Positions 9,031 to 18,789 of a stretch of 64,000 nucleotides of DNA are shown here, piece after piece. Origin of the DNA: an uncultured virus (IMG/VR IMGVR_UViG_2140918032_000035) (Duplodnaviria; Heunggongvirae; Uroviricota; Caudoviricetes). Each line of letters starts with the position of its first letter. Within the stretch, counting starts at the first letter, position 1. The position numbers and the translations under genes are program-made. The stretch lies in the IMG/VR virus record IMGVR_UViG_2140918032_000035. One strand, written 5' to 3'. The notes under the pieces were generated by a model. The model was not told where the DNA came from. It made no database searches and was given only the letters and a program-made list of their open reading frames with translations.

Positions 9031-9966
9031 ATGGAAGATTTCTTTTCTGCTATCGGAGCATTACGAGGCAATCAGGGTAAATGGATACTCAACGGTGCTT
9101 TCTATAAGGCTGATGAATATGGTTATGAAGCTGCGGCGGAGTATTTAACAACAGAGATACTCCGTCAGTCTAATATGACGGATTATGTCCCCTATGTCAT
9201 TGTCCCCAAAGGTTATTCTCAAGCAGGAATAGCAAAGAACTGTTGTATGTCGCCGGACTTCCTGGCGTTAAATCCCGGATGCAGGGAACTGACTCTTTAC
9301 GAATTCCTGCAGTCCCATCTGTCTGAGGAACAGCTTGAAGGCTTGATGGATCCACACAGCAAGTTCCACGCCAGGCATTCTTTGGCTGAGACTATCGCTC
9401 CTGTTGTTGAGCTGGTCGAGAGCAAAACAGGTCTAAGCGATTTCGGAGGTTACATTACCGCTATAATGGAACTTGATGCTCTGACGCGAAATGACGACAG
9501 ACATATTAACAACATCTCGTTACTGCAGCTCCCGAACGGACTCTGGAAGACGGCTCCGGTATTCGATAACGGATCGGGTTTCGGAGCCAGAGACAAAGAT
9601 CCTACGATCGGCAGTGTCCACGGCATAACCGGGCCCTGGCTGTTTAACGAAGCCAGATACTACAAGGTAGGTGCCCGCCCGTTCTCATCCAGCTTTGAGA
9701 AGCAGGTAAAGGCTTGCAGACAGCTCTATGGTTCCCGTCTGCAGATCAAAGAGGATATTGACCTTACCGAAGCGTTTGCCAGGATAAGTGAAACTTACGG
9801 CAAGGCTGTTGCGGAGAGAATGGAATCTGTGTGGAACATCTCCAGAGTGAAGTATGCCGATCTCTTTGTGCCGCGTGTTACCAAGATGGCATACGCCAAC
9901 GACTCTGTTCTGTCTCCAAGTGAAGAGTGGGCGAGAGAACACTTTAACGAGATTATGATGATGTAA
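9031..9966 (+). CDS. HipA/CtkA-like Ser/Thr kinase
   Basis: GNQGKW, YKAD..GYEAAAE, NDDRHINN, APVFDNG. Confidence 0.82.
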   Translation: MEDFFSAIGALRGNQGKWILNGAFYKADEYGYEAAAEYLTTEILRQSNMTDYVPYVIVPKGYSQAGIAKNCCMSPDFLALNPGCRELTLYEFLQSHLSEEQLEGLMDPHSKFHARHSLAETIAPVVELVESKTGLSDFGGYITAIMELDALTRNDDRHINNISLLQLPNGLWKTAPVFDNGSGFGARDKDPTIGSVHGITGPWLFNEARYYKVGARPFSSSFEKQVKACRQLYGSRLQIKEDIDLTEAFARISETYGKAVAERMESVWNISRVKYADLFVPRVTKMAYANDSVLSPSEEWAREHFNEIMMM

Positions 9967-9977
9967 GGAGATTTCTT

Positions 9978-10388
9978 ATGAAGATAACGCATCGTGCGTC
10001 AGGATACACTTGTGCTCCGGCACAATCTTGGACTCCCCAGGCTGTATGGTTTCCTGTCTTGACTGACAAGGCTAATTGGGCAGGACTGAATGAACATGTC
10101 GGTTCGGGACGCTGCGTTGCGGATACCGTCAAGAAGAACAGAGCGATCGTTCCTCCTCCTGCTTACGGACCTACAATGGCTTTCTGCTCTGATTATGTCC
10201 TGTACGGCGATATGGATTGTATCGAACCTAAGGAAGAAGCTGAGAACTTCTATATTATGTTTAAGTCCGGTCTGAGTTCGCCTTGCCATCGCATCGACCG
10301 TTTCTCTGAAGACGGGTTCTTTGCGGACGAGGTCTATATCTCGTATGATTCGGTCGATTTCGTTGCCGATTGGTGCGGCAATCTATAA
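9978..10388 (+). CDS. Hypothetical protein
   Basis: 136-aa ORF in operon, SD AAGGAG. Confidence 0.6.
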   Translation: MKITHRASGYTCAPAQSWTPQAVWFPVLTDKANWAGLNEHVGSGRCVADTVKKNRAIVPPPAYGPTMAFCSDYVLYGDMDCIEPKEEAENFYIMFKSGLSSPCHRIDRFSEDGFFADEVYISYDSVDFVADWCGNL

Positions 10389-10406
10389 GAAAGTCGGTGT
10401 GTTTAT

Positions 10407-11246
10407 ATGACGCGATTTGAGATGCCTGTTAATGCAAATTATGATGTTTACTTGCAGAGAATGGATCTGTCTGCCGAGAGGTCAAGCAAGGGGCTCATAC
10501 CTCGTCTTGCGATCGGCAGGACATTGGACATCGGATGCGGAAGCGGAGTCCTGCTCCGCAATCTTGAAAATGCTAAGGGCATAGACCTTAATCCCAAGGC
10601 GGTCGAGGAGTGCAGAGGTCAGGGCTTGGATGTTGAATGTGTTTCTCTGGCTGATCTCAACGAGCGTTTTGACACCGTCATATTCTCTTCCGTCTTGCAC
10701 GAATTCAGTTCCTATGCAGACTACGGCAGGTTTACTGAAGGTCCGATCCTCGAAGCTCTTTCCCAGGCGTATGACAAGCTGAATCCCGGCGGCCGTCTCA
10801 TCATCCGCGACGGTATCGAAGGCTCTCGTGACCTGAAGCGTATCATTGCCCGCACACCGGAGGTTGCAGCCAGCTTTACCAAGTATATGTATGAGAATCC
10901 GGTTTATCACGAGTCTTATAACATCTACCCGTATAGCAGGTCCGGCAATGTCTTTTGCATTGAGGCCCAGGAACGCGTGCTCAAGGAGTATATGTTTACT
11001 CACACCTGGGGAAAGGAGAGTTATCCCAGGGAGGTAAACGAGAAGTACGGTATCCTTACGGTAGATAAGTGGGCAGAGGTAGTCTCCAAGTCGGGTTTCA
11101 CTATAAAGAACCTTGAGACTTACCCTGAAGAATACGAGAAGTTTCTTTCCAAGTATTTCTATCTTGACGGGGAACTCTGTCTTACCAATGATCTGCATTC
11201 CATATTCGAGCGGTCTGTTATACTCATAGTCGCTACCAAGAAGTGA
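10407..11246 (+). CDS. Class I SAM-dependent methyltransferase
   Basis: LDIGCGSG, GIDLN, FDTVIFSSVLHE, LNPGGRLIIRD. Confidence 0.9.
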   Translation: MTRFEMPVNANYDVYLQRMDLSAERSSKGLIPRLAIGRTLDIGCGSGVLLRNLENAKGIDLNPKAVEECRGQGLDVECVSLADLNERFDTVIFSSVLHEFSSYADYGRFTEGPILEALSQAYDKLNPGGRLIIRDGIEGSRDLKRIIARTPEVAASFTKYMYENPVYHESYNIYPYSRSGNVFCIEAQERVLKEYMFTHTWGKESYPREVNEKYGILTVDKWAEVVSKSGFTIKNLETYPEEYEKFLSKYFYLDGELCLTNDLHSIFERSVILIVATKK

Positions 11247-11256
11247 GGTTTGTTTT

Positions 11257-12015
11257 ATGCGTGTTTTAATTGTACCGGATTCCCACCTGAAGGCGTGGAT
11301 CTTTGCAGTTGCCAAGAAGATAATGAAGAAGTACGGTATCGACCGAGCAGTCGTTCTCGGCGATGTCCTCGACGATTGGGGCAAGCAGCGTGCCGTTATA
11401 TTATATGAGGAGATGCTTCGGGCCTGTATCGACTTCGCCAAGGAGTTCCCGGATACCATCTGGCTGTGGGGTAACCACGAAGTAGCCTATCTGGATCCGT
11501 ATTGCGAATGTTCCGGTCATTCTCATTTTGCTTTTGCCACGGTCGCTACTTTGCTGCACGATTTAAGAGAGGCTCTTAACAACGATATTCAGGTTGCTGC
11601 CAGGATCGACAATGTCCTGTTTTCTCACGCCGGCATTGCCGAGTGCGAGTGCAGAGCGTATATGGATGACAGTATCTCTCCGGTACAGGAGTGGGATAAC
11701 ATCATAGACTATTTCAATAACACCAATTACCGCAATCTTTGGACAAATACATCGCCTTTATGGTATCGCCCGAATAAGAAGATACCTGCTTATAGCAGAC
11801 GAGGCTGTCTTCAGATAGCAGGACATACGCCCGTGTCTATGGCGGCACTCTTCGGTAACCTCTTGATCGTCGATACTTTTTCTACGGACCAGAAGATGCG
11901 CCCTTTAGGTTCTCAGCTGTTTACCATCGTTGATACAGAGACCTGCGAGTTGACTTTCGTGGACAAGAATGCCGAGATCGTGTCCGACCGGGAAGTTGCC
12001 GGCCGTGCCTGGTAA
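11257..12015 (+). CDS. Calcineurin-like metallophosphoesterase
   Basis: PDSH, LGDVLD, WGNHE, SHAG, GHTP. Confidence 0.9.
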   Translation: MRVLIVPDSHLKAWIFAVAKKIMKKYGIDRAVVLGDVLDDWGKQRAVILYEEMLRACIDFAKEFPDTIWLWGNHEVAYLDPYCECSGHSHFAFATVATLLHDLREALNNDIQVAARIDNVLFSHAGIAECECRAYMDDSISPVQEWDNIIDYFNNTNYRNLWTNTSPLWYRPNKKIPAYSRRGCLQIAGHTPVSMAALFGNLLIVDTFSTDQKMRPLGSQLFTIVDTETCELTFVDKNAEIVSDREVAGRAW

Positions 12016-12044
12016 ATCTTTCTACTTTTTTCCATAAAGTTCTA

Positions 12045-12072
12045 TTGCTTCTGTTTCGTATTCTGTTATAAT
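12045..12072 (+). promoter_or_regulatory. SigmaA promoter
   Basis: TTGCTT-16-TATAAT with TG extension upstream of the RelB-like gene. Confidence 0.6.
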
Positions 12073-12139
12073 AGTGCTGTAAGCGATAATTGTCACTACA
12101 CTATCATTACAACAGACTACAAATAGAGGTATTTTTTAT

Positions 12140-12670
12140 ATGTCCACTACTACTATCCAGATCCGTGTCGATGAGGAGACTAAGGATAAGGCAAATATCG
12201 TCTTCAACGATCTTGGAATCGACATGTCAACCGCGGTCAGAATGTTTTTGAACCGCGTCGTTAAGGATTGGAGCATCGATTGTGTTACCAATCCGGGCAA
12301 GACTACCAAGTATGTCAATTTCGATGCCGCTTCACTCGGTATGTGGCTTGATGGCCGAGACGGCAAGACTCACCCCGAAGCAAGTATCCGAGGCTATCTC
12401 CTGCACGACGATTCTTTTAATGATGCCGTTCAGTGTCAGCACTTTTCAGTGCCGGCTTTCCTCGGAATCTATAACGGCCTGCCTGTTGTCACTTTCGAGC
12501 TGACTTTCGATCTGCTCTACAACGCCTGTTATACGGCAGAGGGAGATGCTGAAGGACAGGTAAGCGAATATCACGATTGGTTCGGTCACACTACCTGCTA
12601 TGACCTGGCAAAGTTCGATATTACGGACAAGCCCCGTTACACGGTCGTCAGATCGTCAAAGGAGGTGTAA
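12140..12670 (+). CDS. RelB/DinJ-type RHH domain fused to an uncharacterised C-terminal domain
   Basis: IQIRVDEETKDKANIVFNDLGIDMSTAVRMFL; C-terminal part resembles ORF 48784. Confidence 0.75.
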   Translation: MSTTTIQIRVDEETKDKANIVFNDLGIDMSTAVRMFLNRVVKDWSIDCVTNPGKTTKYVNFDAASLGMWLDGRDGKTHPEASIRGYLLHDDSFNDAVQCQHFSVPAFLGIYNGLPVVTFELTFDLLYNACYTAEGDAEGQVSEYHDWFGHTTCYDLAKFDITDKPRYTVVRSSKEV

Positions 12671-12671
12671 G

Positions 12672-14075
12672 ATGGATCATATTATTACTACTAATCTTGG
12701 AATAGCCAAGAGTGATGACAACCGTTTTGTCGTTCCTCTTTATAAGGGGCATCCGGCAAGCAAGCCTGTTCCTGTCATTCCTCTGAAGTTGGACCACCAG
12801 GCCCATAACGGCTTGCCTATCAAGAATCCGAATGTTCTTGTCATCGGAGGCTGTGCGGCAGGTAAGACTTACCGTTATATCGAGCCCAATATCCTGAACG
12901 AGACCAACAGCCTCGTCATCTTCGATCCGTATTGTGACATTATGGCCAGGACCGGGAAGGCTCTTGAGAAGAAGGGTTATCGCATCAGGGTATTCAATCC
13001 CTCGTTTAAGAGTAACTTCTATAACCCTTTCTTTAATTTCAATAAGGCACGCAGCGTCTATGATGACATCCCGGAGTTCGTAGAGGTATTCTGGAAGGCT
13101 TCCCAGCTTTCTGAAGTAGATGAAACAGCCAAGCTCTTGCTTCAGGCTATTATGTTCTATGTGTTCTTTAATGAGCCTGTTGACACACGCCATCTTAATA
13201 CGGTTTCAGAGCTCATCTGTCTGCTCGGCAATGAGCAGGGCATCACTACTCTTGATAAGAAGTTCCATCGTTTTGCCAAGGCGTATCCTTCATCTGTCGT
13301 GAACTATCTCTGGACACACTGCAGAAGTTCCAAGCACTTCGAGTCCGCTTGTAAGGCGTTGGTCGATCAGGCGTATAAGCGTCTGCCTCATCCGGATTTC
13401 GTTCCGGGACAGCCTCACCCCGACTTCTTCCCCTGGGACGGTCATGCCATAACCAAGGATACTATGAACCTTCCAAAGATCACTGCACAGCACTTTGGCG
13501 AAAAGACTGCTATCTTTATCCAGACTCCGTCGGAATTGTCTTATTTGGCGGTCACGATGATATGCCAGATAATCCGTCTTGCCAAGAACCGTTTTGGATT
13601 AGAGGATCCTCAGATGTGGGGAACTCCGATCAGATTCTATCTGGATGAGTTTGCCAATCTCGGCATTCCCGAATCCTATGTCCGTGATTTCATCTGGTTC
13701 CCGCATTACAACATGTCTGTTTCAGCCATTGTTCAGGCGGTAGAACAGTTAAAGATGCTGTATCCTCATATCCCGGAACTTATCAATGATTGGGGCGTTG
13801 TGGCTTATTTCGGAGGTGCCCGTGGTGACACCACCGGATACATTTCCTCGCTGATCGGCGTGCGAGAGAACGATCCTCCGAAGGTAAGACGGGGCAGACC
13901 GAGAAAGGCGAAGCCTGCTATGATCCTGACTCCTCAAGACTTACAGTTTATGGAGCATAATAAGGCACTCGTTCTGTTGAGGAACAACGGCGGTCTGATG
14001 GCTTTTATAGACGAAAAGGTACCGGGAGTATCTTATTCGGCTAAGCAAGAAGAATTACTACACAGAAAGTTATAA
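12672..14075 (+). CDS. VirD4/TraG-like type IV coupling ATPase (no obvious TM segment)
   Basis: NVLVIGGCAAGKT...EPNI, VIFDP, SNFYNPF, RFYLDEFANLG, IVQAVEQL, YISSLIG, LTPQDL. Confidence 0.78.
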   Translation: MDHIITTNLGIAKSDDNRFVVPLYKGHPASKPVPVIPLKLDHQAHNGLPIKNPNVLVIGGCAAGKTYRYIEPNILNETNSLVIFDPYCDIMARTGKALEKKGYRIRVFNPSFKSNFYNPFFNFNKARSVYDDIPEFVEVFWKASQLSEVDETAKLLLQAIMFYVFFNEPVDTRHLNTVSELICLLGNEQGITTLDKKFHRFAKAYPSSVVNYLWTHCRSSKHFESACKALVDQAYKRLPHPDFVPGQPHPDFFPWDGHAITKDTMNLPKITAQHFGEKTAIFIQTPSELSYLAVTMICQIIRLAKNRFGLEDPQMWGTPIRFYLDEFANLGIPESYVRDFIWFPHYNMSVSAIVQAVEQLKMLYPHIPELINDWGVVAYFGGARGDTTGYISSLIGVRENDPPKVRRGRPRKAKPAMILTPQDLQFMEHNKALVLLRNNGGLMAFIDEKVPGVSYSAKQEELLHRKL

Positions 14076-14090
14076 AGGAGAAAGTTCAAA

Positions 14091-14765
14091 ATGAAGAGAA
14101 GTATGTTATTGAAGGCACTTACAGGTATCGTTGCAATCGGTATGGTATTCGGCATTACCGCCTGCAACACATCCACCGTCGAGTCTGTTCCGACATCATC
14201 GGTTCCTGCCATTACGGTCTCAGCTCCGGTCGAGTCGGATGATTCGATCCAAATCCCGGAAGGCTATTGCGATACTGCAGGCGTGTTCGGTCAGGACGGT
14301 ATCTCGTTCAATGTGCCCGCCGATATGATCGGAGCCTGGACAACCATCGGGCAGAACGATTATTTCAAGATCGAAGCCCAGCCTGTCTATGTTAAGGAAT
14401 ACGGCATCGGTATCGGCTCTGACGAGGCTACCAAGTTCATCAAGCCTATGGTCATTGTCCAGATCACGAACCTTACTGAAGAGACAATTACCTGGCATTG
14501 GGATTCCGCTTCTGCAGATGAGTCGGAAGGACTCATGACATATCTCAATGCGTATGACACTACTTTGGGAGCAGGAGAGACTGCTACGAGGATCCTCAGC
14601 GTTACGCCGGGTGCAGATGCAGCCATCGCTTCCAACTACGGTATCAAGTACCCGATTTCATCCGCAACGATCGGCAGCTTCGCTATGAATGCTGACGGAG
14701 TCCAGCTCGGCGATACGATCCTGGTATCTGTTGACTTCTCAGATACAGAGGTGCCTGAGTTCTAA
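14091..14765 (+). CDS. Lipoprotein
   Basis: Signal peptide with lipobox ITAC, Ser/Thr linker. Confidence 0.75.
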   Translation: MKRSMLLKALTGIVAIGMVFGITACNTSTVESVPTSSVPAITVSAPVESDDSIQIPEGYCDTAGVFGQDGISFNVPADMIGAWTTIGQNDYFKIEAQPVYVKEYGIGIGSDEATKFIKPMVIVQITNLTEETITWHWDSASADESEGLMTYLNAYDTTLGAGETATRILSVTPGADAAIASNYGIKYPISSATIGSFAMNADGVQLGDTILVSVDFSDTEVPEF

Positions 14766-14775
14766 GGAGATAGCC

Positions 14776-15198
14776 ATGATCAACTTCAGATTAGACGAGA
14801 ATTCGGTCGATGACCTGCTCGCACTGACCAAGGGCCAATTTCCGATCACTCGGGAGGAGGCTCTGGCTATCTGCAGCAGTGTCCATCCGACTATGCCTTG
14901 TACCCGCGTGTACGGATGCTATCACAACGGTACCGAGTTGGTCGCCATAATGACCGCTACATACAGTATCGTTTTTCCGCACGCAGACGGCTCCAGAATC
15001 GTTCACATCAGCGGAGCCTATACCAGACCTGATATGAGGCACAAGGGGCTCGCTACGACGCTCCTGGAGGCCATAGAGAGCGATGCCAGGGATTATTTCC
15101 ACGCAGACTATCTATGCTGTGACTCGATCGCCGATAAGTTCTATAAGAAGAACGGGTACCGTCTTGCTCAGGAATCCCGTCTGTGGAAGAAGATCTAA
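14776..15198 (+). CDS. GNAT-family acetyltransferase
   Basis: YTRPDMRHKGLATTLL, FYKKNGY; SD AAGGAG. Confidence 0.88.
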   Translation: MINFRLDENSVDDLLALTKGQFPITREEALAICSSVHPTMPCTRVYGCYHNGTELVAIMTATYSIVFPHADGSRIVHISGAYTRPDMRHKGLATTLLEAIESDARDYFHADYLCCDSIADKFYKKNGYRLAQESRLWKKI

Positions 15199-15217
15199 AC
15201 AGATCACCTCTCAAAGA

Positions 15218-15397
15218 TTACCGTCCAAGCCCGTGAGGATCCTCGTCGATCCCGCGGGTTTGTTCTTGCCTGGCTCTTTCTTCCTCGAACCGCTTCCGGT
15301 TTTCTTCACGCTGACGCTGCTGTTCTCTCTGGAACGCGATCGGCGAAGGTACGCCTCTTGCCTCATCTTTCATGACTCTCTTCCAATTAAATCCCAT
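15218..15397 (-). CDS. Small charged hypothetical protein (59 aa, ends GLGR; not in ORF track)
   Basis: SD AGGAGG then MGFNWKRVMKDEARG...DEDPHGLGR. Confidence 0.6.
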   Translation of the reverse strand: MGFNWKRVMKDEARGVPSPIAFQREQQRQREENRKRFEEERARQEQTRGIDEDPHGLGR

Positions 15398-15483
15398 ACA
15401 GACCTCCTGTAAGTCAAAATGCCTATATTAAGTGCCACTTTATGCTTCGTTTCCAAAGCCTTGAAAATAAAGAGTTTTGGCGA

Positions 15484-15547
15484 GGTGCATTAAGTCGTAC
15501 TTAATGTTACCAAAGTGTACTACCAAGTGTACTACCATCTACTACCA
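15484..15547. other. Putative tyrosine-recombinase core site with arm-type direct repeats
   Basis: GGTGCATTAA-GTCGTAC-TTAATGTTACC inverted repeat followed by three TACTACCA repeats. Confidence 0.4.
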
Positions 15548-15605
15548 AATAATAAGCCCCGCAACATTACATTGCGGAGCCTTTATCCGTAGTATCCATT
15601 CGATG

Positions 15606-16634
15606 TTATCCTTTCACTACCATTTCGCCGTGCAGAACGCATATCTGCTCTTCGAGTTTCAACGCTGCATCTTTACCGGATTTGCGTTTCTCGTCTTTGG
15701 GAGCGTAAAGGTTGGCAGCGATCGTAACGGAAGAAGTAGGGTAGCGGAAGTAGTATTCGCTTAACGATACATATTCTGCGTTACGCTGGCCGGCTACAAA
15801 GATCAGCTGTCTATACAGGTCTTTGATGTTACCGAACTCTGCAAAGGACATCAGGATGTCTTCTACCTCCGCCACTTCGAAGGCTTCGTATTCGTGGCCG
15901 GAGCGTGCAGGCAGTCTTTCGAGGCGTTTGGCCAGGGGCTCTCTCAAGCCTTCGATGTTACCGTGGCAATCCTCAAGAGCTTCTTTCAGTATTCTCAAGG
16001 CAGCTGTGGTACCGTCCTGGCGTTCGCTGCGTTTATGACCAAGACCTTCTACGAGAGCTTCTCTCATATCGTGGATAGCCTTGTAGTCTCTTGCATAGCC
16101 GATCTCGTTATCGAGCTTCATTGCGTTGAACTCCAGGTCAGCCTCGCTGAGTCTGTCGTCATACATGCCTGCGTCGATCTCATCACGGACCTTCTCGCAG
16201 GCTTCAAGCCACATCTCCTGGTCTCCCAGAGTGTTATGCGAATAATCGCCGAGACGGCGGCTGTCCAGATCATGGTAACCGGTAAGAACGAGCTTACGGG
16301 CTTCGTTCTCGTAATTCTGACGCTTCTTGGCATTGACTATACGGGATTCGGGATCCTCAACGATCTCGGGCATATCCTGACCGACGATCTCGATGCTCAA
16401 GTGCTTATTCCAATACTCAGCCTTGCCCTGTTCCAGAGCATCCTTCTTTGCCTGGAGCTCTGCTTCAGGATCACGCTGAGCAGCACGACGCTGTTCTGCC
16501 TTCTGGCACTGACGAACCTCTGCGGCACACTTGACGCTTGAAGCGATGCCGGGTACAGGGGAGTGGAATACAGCCCAGGCGATACCTACACCTGCTGCAA
16601 TAACCGTTAATCCTAATAAGATATACCAAAACAT
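15606..16634 (-). CDS. Membrane-anchored helical hypothetical protein
   Basis: N-terminal TM helix, charged helical body, SD AAGGAG. Confidence 0.75.
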   Translation of the reverse strand: MFWYILLGLTVIAAGVGIAWAVFHSPVPGIASSVKCAAEVRQCQKAEQRRAAQRDPEAELQAKKDALEQGKAEYWNKHLSIEIVGQDMPEIVEDPESRIVNAKKRQNYENEARKLVLTGYHDLDSRRLGDYSHNTLGDQEMWLEACEKVRDEIDAGMYDDRLSEADLEFNAMKLDNEIGYARDYKAIHDMREALVEGLGHKRSERQDGTTAALRILKEALEDCHGNIEGLREPLAKRLERLPARSGHEYEAFEVAEVEDILMSFAEFGNIKDLYRQLIFVAGQRNAEYVSLSEYYFRYPTSSVTIAANLYAPKDEKRKSGKDAALKLEEQICVLHGEMVVKG

Positions 16635-16832
16635 TTTAACTTCTCCTTATATTTGCGTAAGTAGTTACATCTTCTTAGTTATATTATAACCTATTATGCA
16701 GATTTTTTTAAGATGTTTCGAGTTATGCAGATTTTATTCCCACATTATTCCCACAATCCCACACAGTTCCTCCACTTTCCCCCTGGAATCAGTCTGAAAT
16801 CAGGGCAATATCAGTCCGGGTTTTTCCGGGCA

Positions 16833-16914
16833 NNNNNNNNNNNNNNNNNNNNNNNNNNNNNNNNNNNNNNNNNNNNNNNNNNNNNNNNNNNNNNNNNNNN
16901 NNNNNNNNNNNNNN
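16833..16914. other. Assembly gap
   Basis: Run of N. Confidence 1.
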
Positions 16915-16942
16915 ATTGTGTTGCCTGATGTGAAGCGTTGCC

Positions 16943-17749
16943 TCAGATCTGGATCATTCCTGCGAGTTCCTCAGGCGATACTGCCTCGGGCTCTGCGGGA
17001 GCCTCGACAGAAGCATCTTCAGCACTGAGATCGAGAAGGTCAGCTACATCGTAGTTGGTCTCTCTTGCAGGTGCAGGCTTCATAGTGATCTGTGCTGCTC
17101 TTGTGAAGACCTGATTCTCTGCTGTGAGATGAGCATTGATCGAGATCTCTACATAAGCACCGGACTTACCATCCTCTGCAGGTCCGAGAACCTTATCGGC
17201 GTTCTGGAGATTAGGCTCCTTGCCGTCAACCTCGCTGGCGAACTTGACGATCTGCCAATCGTTCTGAGGATTCTGAACAGAGATAGTAACGGGAATGGAG
17301 CAGTTAACCCAGACACCCGTAACTTCCTTGGTCTCCTGGTTGACACGGTCTCTGACATCGAACGGGAGCTTGTTGCCAAATGCTTCCGTAAGTCCGTCTT
17401 CGATCTTCTTGCCGGTCTTGAGCTGCCAGCTCTTAACCATTGAGTAAATGGTGAGTGCTGTCATCTTGTAAGATGCTGAGTCGATGCCGAGGCGGATCTC
17501 AGCAGGGTAGAAGACACGACCTGTATCCTTGGCTACCATCTTGTCGGGGTTGGAGATCTTGCACTTGTTTACCCAGCCCTTGATGCCAAAGCCCTTCATC
17601 TTGTCATAAGGCAACATGGGGTTCTTAGCATTCTTGAGCTTCTCGCACTGTGCGTCGATCTTCTGCTTTTCAGCGTCCGAGAGCTGGCTGCATGCCCATT
17701 CATAAGTCTTCTGAAGTCTTGCGTTGAGTTCTTCCTTGGAAAGTGCCAT
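16943..17749 (-). CDS. Putative single-stranded DNA-binding protein (DUF2815/gp2.5-like)
   Basis: Directly downstream of DUF2800-like gene; beta-rich core (SGAYVEISINAH) and acidic C-terminal tail. Confidence 0.55.
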   Translation of the reverse strand: MALSKEELNARLQKTYEWACSQLSDAEKQKIDAQCEKLKNAKNPMLPYDKMKGFGIKGWVNKCKISNPDKMVAKDTGRVFYPAEIRLGIDSASYKMTALTIYSMVKSWQLKTGKKIEDGLTEAFGNKLPFDVRDRVNQETKEVTGVWVNCSIPVTISVQNPQNDWQIVKFASEVDGKEPNLQNADKVLGPAEDGKSGAYVEISINAHLTAENQVFTRAAQITMKPAPARETNYDVADLLDLSAEDASVEAPAEPEAVSPEELAGMIQI

Positions 17750-17801
17750 AAATGTTTCCTCCGTTAATAAAAATGATTTAGTATTTCAGTGCCTTTACGG
17801 C

Positions 17802-18623
17802 TTACTGACTGAGTAGGTCGGCTACGGAGATGTCGATCTCCGGTGCCTTGGTCGCAGGACAATTTCCCTTACCTGCACAGAACGCGCAATGGTGTCCGGC
17901 TTCGAACTGTCCTTCGTTTCTGATGGCCTGCATTACTCTGACATTCGTGTCAGCCGCCCAAGCCTTCAGTTCCGCTACGCTGAGCTTATCATGCGAGATC
18001 GCTCCGGTCGTCGGCAGGCTTCTTGCAAAGCCGCTTGAGTAATCCGTAGTTGCTCTCGGCTGAAAGATGTAGAACTCTACATCCTGGATGTTCTTTCTCT
18101 CGTGCTCAGGCAGTGAGAGATAAGCACCCAACGAGTAAGCTCTCAGCTGGTAGTTCCCGGTTGCAGATACCAACGCGTGTCCATACTTATAGTCAACGAC
18201 CGTGATCTTGTTAGGTGAGACCAGGAAGCAGTCGCAAGTACCCCAGCATTCTGAAATGTACTTGGTCATGTCGATCTTTGTCTCGGTACAGACCTTGGTG
18301 TATCCGCCACCCTGGTATAAACGCAGAATGAAATCCCTGTATGCCGCACCGCAGATCTTCATTGCTCTATCGGCACGCTTCGCTTCTTCGACTGAGTCCG
18401 GCTGAAGGGGAAGACCAAAGGCTTCGTTGACCATATTCTCGGCAACAGCATGAGCCGTTGTTCCTTCCTTGGCTGCTTCGGATGTTGTCTCTCCGTGCTC
18501 AAGGCGGTAATCTTCATTGACCTTCAGGGACTTTGTGCAAGAAACTATCCTGACAAGCGAAGAAGGGGACACTAACGCGTGTTCCCTCTGTACGATCGAT
18601 TCTGAACTTGTCTGGTTAGTCAT
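17802..18623 (-). CDS. Cas4-like PD-(D/E)XK nuclease (DUF2800 family)
   Basis: HALVSPSS...C, EGTTAHAVAE, WGTCD, VVDYKYG, QLRAY, HCAFCAGKGNCP. Confidence 0.88.
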   Translation of the reverse strand: MTNQTSSESIVQREHALVSPSSLVRIVSCTKSLKVNEDYRLEHGETTSEAAKEGTTAHAVAENMVNEAFGLPLQPDSVEEAKRADRAMKICGAAYRDFILRLYQGGGYTKVCTETKIDMTKYISECWGTCDCFLVSPNKITVVDYKYGHALVSATGNYQLRAYSLGAYLSLPEHERKNIQDVEFYIFQPRATTDYSSGFARSLPTTGAISHDKLSVAELKAWAADTNVRVMQAIRNEGQFEAGHHCAFCAGKGNCPATKAPEIDISVADLLSQ

Positions 18624-18685
18624 AAGCGTTTCCTCTGCGTAATTTTGTTAAAGTACGATGTTCTCCGTTTCAGGTGAACAACTAT

Positions 18686-18714
18686 ATTATAACCTGACAT
18701 AAACAGTTTTTCAA
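18686..18714 (-). promoter_or_regulatory. SigmaA promoter of the nuclease-SSB operon
   Basis: TTGAAA-17-TATAAT on minus strand. Confidence 0.8.
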
Positions 18715-18789
18715 GTGAAAACAGTCCGTTTAATATCCCTCATTGGCAGATAAGAAAGAAAAATCATCGGATTTCTCTGTGCGGGCATT

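Noticed and set aside
16713..16928. ORF spanning the N gap
   Set aside because: Artefact of unresolved sequence.
17802..18623. CRISPR-Cas system suggested by the Cas4-like gene
   Set aside because: No repeat-spacer array or other cas genes; the context is the phage DUF2800-SSB-PolA module.
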